A DNA stretch of 64,000 nucleotides from Antedon mediterranea. Lineage: Eukaryota; Animalia; Echinodermata. The translations under genes and the position numbers were made by a program. The DNA lies in contig NC_092673.1 of the NCBI RefSeq assembly GCF_964355755.1, forward strand, positions 2,976,001-3,040,000. The letters are read 5' to 3'. The notes beneath the pieces are model-generated. The model saw nothing but the letters and a program-made list of their open reading frames with translations, did not search any database and was not told where the DNA came from. This document shows positions 59,063-64,000 of the stretch, piece by piece (the stretch's first letter is position 1; each line of letters starts with the position of its first letter).

Positions 59063-62000
59063 GGTGGGTTGGTGGTGAAAAGCACACACCCAAAGGACAG
59101 ACATATCTTGTCGGGCCAACCAATCAAGCAGAAATATCAATTCATGGAGTAAAATGTAACGCCCTTATTGATTCAGGCTCACAGATATCAACTATAACTA
59201 TTGAATTATATAACAAAATTCCGGAATTAAAATCACAAGTTATGGAACGCTCAACCATAGAAGTTATAGCGGCAAATGGCCAGAGTGTCCCGTACTATGG
59301 AATTATTAATAGCGACATCAATATACTCAATAAAACATACTCCGCTGTTCCCGTGTTTGTAGTCCCGAACAGTAAATACCGCAAAACTATCCCCGTTCTG
59401 ATTGGGACCAATGTTCTACGTGCACAGAAAAACGACAAACACAACATAAAATGCAAAGATGCAGCCTTTGTAGCAGCATTTGCGCAAATGGAGAAAAATA
59501 TACAACCAGAAAATGTTGGCAGAGCTGTATACTTTAATAGACACCCTGCTCGCATAAACCCAAATCAACAAATTGATATACAATGTACTGCAGTGTGGTC
59601 TAAAGATAAAATATCAACTGTGCTTGTTGAGCCATTTGGAAGTACTACAAACTTTCTCGTTGGTCGTTCAGTATCCCACATCCGGCGAAACAATATAGTT
59701 ACAGTGCGACTCTGCAATGTATCTGACAAACCAATCTTTTTGCACCACAACACCACGGTAGCGACTCTATCTCAAATTGCAAGTTTGGACACTTACGATG
59801 TTACAGGTGGTATTAGCCAACTTAATATCACATCACAAACTGTTCTGCCAGATCTTTCAGAATCAGACATTAAAACTGACTCTGAACACAAAGCACTAAA
59901 ATCACTGTTAGACAAATACTCGGATGTTTTCTCAAAGGACGCAAACGATTTTGGCCATACTAAGGCCATATATCACCATATACCACTTATTGACAACCAA
60001 CCATTTAGACTACCCTTTCGCCGCATCCCACCGTCGCAATATCAAGAAGTGCGCTCGCATATCAATGGTATGTTAGAGGCTGGCGCCATTCGACCAAGCA
60101 AAAGCCCATATGCTTCACCGATGGTGATTGTTCGCAAGAAGGATGGGTCAATGCGCATATGTATCGATTTTAGAAAACTTAATTCTAAAACAGTAAGAGA
60201 TGCGTTTCCAATACCCAGGATAGATGAAGCTATGGATGCTCTGGGTAAGGCCAAAATCTTCTCTACATTAGATTTGACTAGCGGCTATTGGCAGGTAGAG
60301 GTAGCAGAAGAAGATAAACCAAAAACAGCATTTACAACACCAATGGGTTTATTTGAGTGTAACCGAATGCCATTTGGACTCCAAAACGCACCGGCGACGT
60401 TTCAACGTTTGATGATGTCGTGCTTTGGTGACCAAAACTTTTCTACTTTGTTAATATACTTGGACGATATCATTATTTTTTCTAATAACTTTCAAGAACA
60501 TTTAGAGAGACTGGAAACTGTTTTCAAACGTCTAAGAGAAAATGGTTTGAAGTTAAAGCCTTCAAAATGCTCCCTCCTTCGATCTGAGGTTAATTATTTG
60601 GGCCACATTGTATCAGCCGAGGGGATTCATGCCGACCCTGCTAAAACAGCGCAAGTCGACAGCTGGCCCACGCCGGTTGACCGCAAACAAGTTCTTCAAT
60701 TTTTGGGATTTACCGGCTATTACAGACGGTTTATCAGCCAGTATTCGGAGATAGCTGCGCCGTTATATGCACTAACGTGCGGCGACCCACGACGAAAGAA
60801 AAAGAATGGCAGAAAGGCAATGAATGCCAAACCACCACCATTTGTATGGACTTCAGAATGCGACAAAGCATTTTCACTTCTTAAACGCCTGTTGACAAAT
60901 GCTCCAATCCTAGCGTACCCTGACTACAATTTGCCGTTTCTTTTGGAAACGGATGCTTCTGGTATCGGTCTGGGAGCCGTTATTTCACAAGTACAAAATG
61001 GCACGCCAAGAGTCATTGCTTACGCAAGTCGTAGCCTTCGCCCATCTGAATCTCGCTATCCGGCGCACAAATTGGAGTTCCTGGCTCTAAAATGGGCTGT
61101 CACTAACAAATTTCGAGAATACCTCATTGGAAATCACTTTACAGTACTGACTGATAATAATCCGTTGTTGTACGTTCTATCCACAGCGAAATTAGATGCG
61201 ACTGGTCAACGCTGGGTGGCTGCCCTAAGCCAGTTCGATTTTGATATAAAGTACCGCCCGGGAAAAAGCAACGCAGCAGCTGACGCGTTATCTCGCAGGA
61301 AAGACGTACCGTGTGAACTGGTCACTGCGGTTCTCTCAGGATCTGCCCCTGTGAATCCGTGTCTGTATGTCCAACCACAAATTGTACAGTGTCAGGCCCA
61401 CACCAGAAGCAAATCTCGTATCGACAACACTGATGCTGCTGGGGATCCAGTGCAAGCCCCTGATGTTAACACAAATCATGGTTTTGCGCCTGTCCCAAAT
61501 CTTTCGCAAGCGGACATATCCCGTCTCCAGAAGGAGGACGATGTGCTTGACCGTGTGACATTCTTCCTCCGACGCAATCAAAAGCCATCAGCAGCAGAGC
61601 GTCGACTTGAACATCCGAATGTCATCTGTTTACTCAGACAATGGAATCGCCTAAAGTTCAAAAACAACATATTATATAGGACCACCAATATCAACACTGG
61701 AGAAGCATGCGATCAGCTTGTATTACCAACGTCTAAACACAAACTTGCTTTTGAACACCTGCATGACAACATTGGGCATTTGGGTTATGAGCGTACCATC
61801 GATATGATTCGGCGAAGATTTTATTGGCCTAAGATGGCATCCGACATTAAGACCTGGTGTGACACATGTCAACGGTGCTGTCTTCGAAAAACTTCACCAA
61901 ATGTGAAACGTGCGCCCCTCGTGAATATTCACACTTACGAACCAATGGAACTACTATGCATCGACTTCCTTGGTCTGGAACGGTCGAAAGGAGGTTATGA

Positions 62001-63030
62001 AAATGTTTTAGTTATCACCGATCATTTCACCCGATATGCCTTAGCGTACCCAACAAAAAACCAGACGGCTGAAACTGTTGCCAAGGTACTATTTCAGAAC
62101 GTATTTAGACATTATGGTTTCCCAAAACGTATACACTCCGATCAAGGGCGTAATTTTGAAAGCGCAATAATTAAATCTGTGTGCAAGGTCGCCGGAATAG
62201 CAAAGTCGCGTACTACACCCTACCACCCAATGGGTAACGGAACTACGGAGAGATTTAATAGAACACTAATCGACATGCTGGGTACACTCTCACTAGATCG
62301 TAAACAGGACTGGAAGGAATATGTTAGCGATATGGCACATGCATATAATTGTACTAAACACGATTCCACGGGTTATGCACCATTTTACTTAATGTTTGGC
62401 CGACATGCCAATCTGCCAATTGATGTAATGTTTGGACTTGATAGCAATAATCATAATAGTGATGACGATGATTATGATGAGTTGGTCTTACACTTTCGCG
62501 AGCGATTAAAGCTGGTCTATGACCAAGCAGCCAAATCTTCCATGAAAGCCAAAGACAAACAGAAACGCGAGTATGACAAAAAGACAACTCAAGCTCCTTT
62601 GGAATTGGGCGACCGCGTCCTGGTGCAAAAGAAACATATTATCGGGAAACAAAAACTCGTAGACAGATGGGAGGAAACCCCATATGTCGTGTTGTTCAAA
62701 CATCCAAATATTCCAGTGTACAAAGTTGAAAACGCGGATGGTCGTCAGCGGACATTACATAGAAATCTACTGACTCCATGTATGTTTTTGCCATTGGATT
62801 TATCAACTCCGACGCCAGACCAAAGCGCTCCACCCTCACCAAATGCCGATGCCAGCACCAGCAACATAGTACCATCTCATTGTCTTTCGCTAAACCCATA
62901 CGCATCTCCGTTTGTATCGTTGTCGCCGCCAAATAAACGATTTGTAAATAATATAGATACATTGGATAATAGACTCATACCTCAATCTTCTCAAACACCG
63001 TCTATTATGTTTGAATATGACTTGGATTAA
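59035..63030 (+). CDS. pol: Pol polyprotein PR-RT-RNaseH-IN, in the -1 frame relative to gag
   Basis: Uninterrupted ORF with LIDSGS, LDLTSGYWQ, MPFGLQNAP, YLDD, TDAS, HHCC zinc finger and DDE (IDF...SDQG...TERFN). Confidence 0.96.
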   Translation, partial: GKRQVTTTVGWVGGEKHTPKGQTYLVGPTNQAEISIHGVKCNALIDSGSQISTITIELYNKIPELKSQVMERSTIEVIAANGQSVPYYGIINSDINILNKTYSAVPVFVVPNSKYRKTIPVLIGTNVLRAQKNDKHNIKCKDAAFVAAFAQMEKNIQPENVGRAVYFNRHPARINPNQQIDIQCTAVWSKDKISTVLVEPFGSTTNFLVGRSVSHIRRNNIVTVRLCNVSDKPIFLHHNTTVATLSQIASLDTYDVTGGISQLNITSQTVLPDLSESDIKTDSEHKALKSLLDKYSDVFSKDANDFGHTKAIYHHIPLIDNQPFRLPFRRIPPSQYQEVRSHINGMLEAGAIRPSKSPYASPMVIVRKKDGSMRICIDFRKLNSKTVRDAFPIPRIDEAMDALGKAKIFSTLDLTSGYWQVEVAEEDKPKTAFTTPMGLFECNRMPFGLQNAPATFQRLMMSCFGDQNFSTLLIYLDDIIIFSNNFQEHLERLETVFKRLRENGLKLKPSKCSLLRSEVNYLGHIVSAEGIHADPAKTAQVDSWPTPVDRKQVLQFLGFTGYYRRFISQYSEIAAPLYALTCGDPRRKKKNGRKAMNAKPPPFVWTSECDKAFSLLKRLLTNAPILAYPDYNLPFLLETDASGIGLGAVISQVQNGTPRVIAYASRSLRPSESRYPAHKLEFLALKWAVTNKFREYLIGNHFTVLTDNNPLLYVLSTAKLDATGQRWVAALSQFDFDIKYRPGKSNAAADALSRRKDVPCELVTAVLSGSAPVNPCLYVQPQIVQCQAHTRSKSRIDNTDAAGDPVQAPDVNTNHGFAPVPNLSQADISRLQKEDDVLDRVTFFLRRNQKPSAAERRLEHPNVICLLRQWNRLKFKNNILYRTTNINTGEACDQLVLPTSKHKLAFEHLHDNIGHLGYERTIDMIRRRFYWPKMASDIKTWCDTCQRCCLRKTSPNVKRAPLVNIHTYEPMELLCIDFLGLERSKGGYENVLVITDHFTRYALAYPTKNQTAETVAKVLFQNVFRHYGFPKRIHSDQGRNFESAIIKSVCKVAGIAKSRTTPYHPMGNGTTERFNRTLIDMLGTLSLDRKQDWKEYVSDMAHAYNCTKHDSTGYAPFYLMFGRHANLPIDVMFGLDSNNHNSDDDDYDELVLHFRERLKLVYDQAAKSSMKAKDKQKREYDKKTTQAPLELGDRVLVQKKHIIGKQKLVDRWEETPYVVLFKHPNIPVYKVENADGRQRTLHRNLLTPCMFLPLDLSTPTPDQSAPPSPNADASTSNIVPSHCLSLNPYASPFVSLSPPNKRFVNNIDTLDNRLIPQSSQTPSIMFEYDLD

Positions 63031-63796
63031 AGTGAACACTGGAACACTTTTTAAATTTTTTTTCACTGACTTTTTGGACACTTTCATATGACTATTTGAT
63101 GACATGTAATTGTTTGAACTATATTGTATATTTTTATGTATTTTCATGAACTACTTGATTAACGTCGGGGGCGACGTTTCAGATGGGAGGGGTGAGTGAG
63201 ATGTCATCCCTTCCAATCGCCTATTGAACTTAATTGATATACTTTACGTATTAAATTAAATTAACTTTAAAAAAATGTATAAACAAAGCATAATGAAGGT
63301 AGTATTACCGTATACTGTAGTTAAGTGGTTACCCATAGTGATGGTATTGTAGTACCGGTAGTAATTTAAATCATTCCTTATGTTTATTCATCGTTTCATA
63401 CCGAGTAAGTATTTACTAGGTCAATTTGAGTCTGAACAGCAAGTACTGCGCTGTACAATTTCATTTTAGAATGGAATGTATCTTATATTTTATAGTATTC
63501 ATGATGTAATGATACAGTTAATAATAGACAGTTAATAATAGACAGTTTGCAATGGTTGGTAATATGTGACTGTTTCAGGTGGTAATGAACCGCACTACTA
63601 ATAAGTTTGTTTTATACAGTATTATCATAGATAAGTTTTGTTTATTTTGATGTTTCCTCATTTTATGCCTTTTTAATAGTTTGTAGAGTTTGTAGTTTTA
63701 GTATAATTCCTAATTAAGACTAGATTATTCGGCAAGTCTCCCTCGGTTTTGAAGCAGGCGAACGTCGTGGACGACGTTCAAGAAAGGAGGGGTGGA

Positions 63797-64000
63797 TGTA
63801 GCGATACTCTAAAAGCAGTATTATTATTTTATTGTATTTAAGTTCATATTTACTTAGTAGCTTGTATATCCTCAATGATCATGCCTTAGTTTGATTTTAC
63901 ACATTCCAATCTCTGAATTAATTAAGACTGTACCTCCTTTATCTAGGTTTCCATAACAACTGGTCCATTTTGTGGGTTTTGTGGTGGGGAATAAGAAAGT
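63797..64000 (+). repeat. 3' LTR (truncated by the window edge)
   Basis: Follows the purine tract AAGAAAGGAGGGGTGGA; identical to the start of the 5' LTR. Confidence 0.95.

Larger units (their letters stand above)
57577..64000 (+). mobile_element. Full-length Ty3/Gypsy LTR retrotransposon, antisense in a CFAP43 intron
   Basis: 5' LTR 57577-57985 (TGTAGC...GCTACA), PBS 57988-58005, gag, pol, PPT 63780-63796 and 3' LTR from 63797. Confidence 0.97.

Overview
AT-rich, intron-containing animal (eukaryotic) DNA. A marine invertebrate deuterostome such as an echinoderm is my inference from gene and SINE content; it cannot be proven here. Hand-splicing gives five conserved housekeeping genes: SUCLG1 (3' end runs off the window), MED28, LAP3, NRBF2 and RMND5. 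It also gives the last five exons of CFAP43, a cationic amino-acid transporter (SLC7A/CAT), three rhodopsin-family GPCRs and a small secreted two-LDLa-domain protein. An intact Gypsy LTR retrotransposon sits antisense in a CFAP43 intron; its visible LTR parts are identical, and it has a tRNA-His PBS and a -1 frameshift signal with a pseudoknot. The most unusual structure is an ~8.1 kb non-coding foldback element (23209-31347). It is palindromic at four nested scales and ends 2 bp before the first in-frame NRBF2 ATG. Other notable items: three Ginger-like elements packed with TTGCGCAA (C/EBP-consensus) motifs, two of them at gene 5' ends; ~17 copies of a CArG-box-bearing MITE; and a 17+18-nt P-element-type excision footprint. 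All gene and family names come from recalled sequence similarity, not database searches. Coordinates were read by eye, and repeat boundaries may be off by a few bases.
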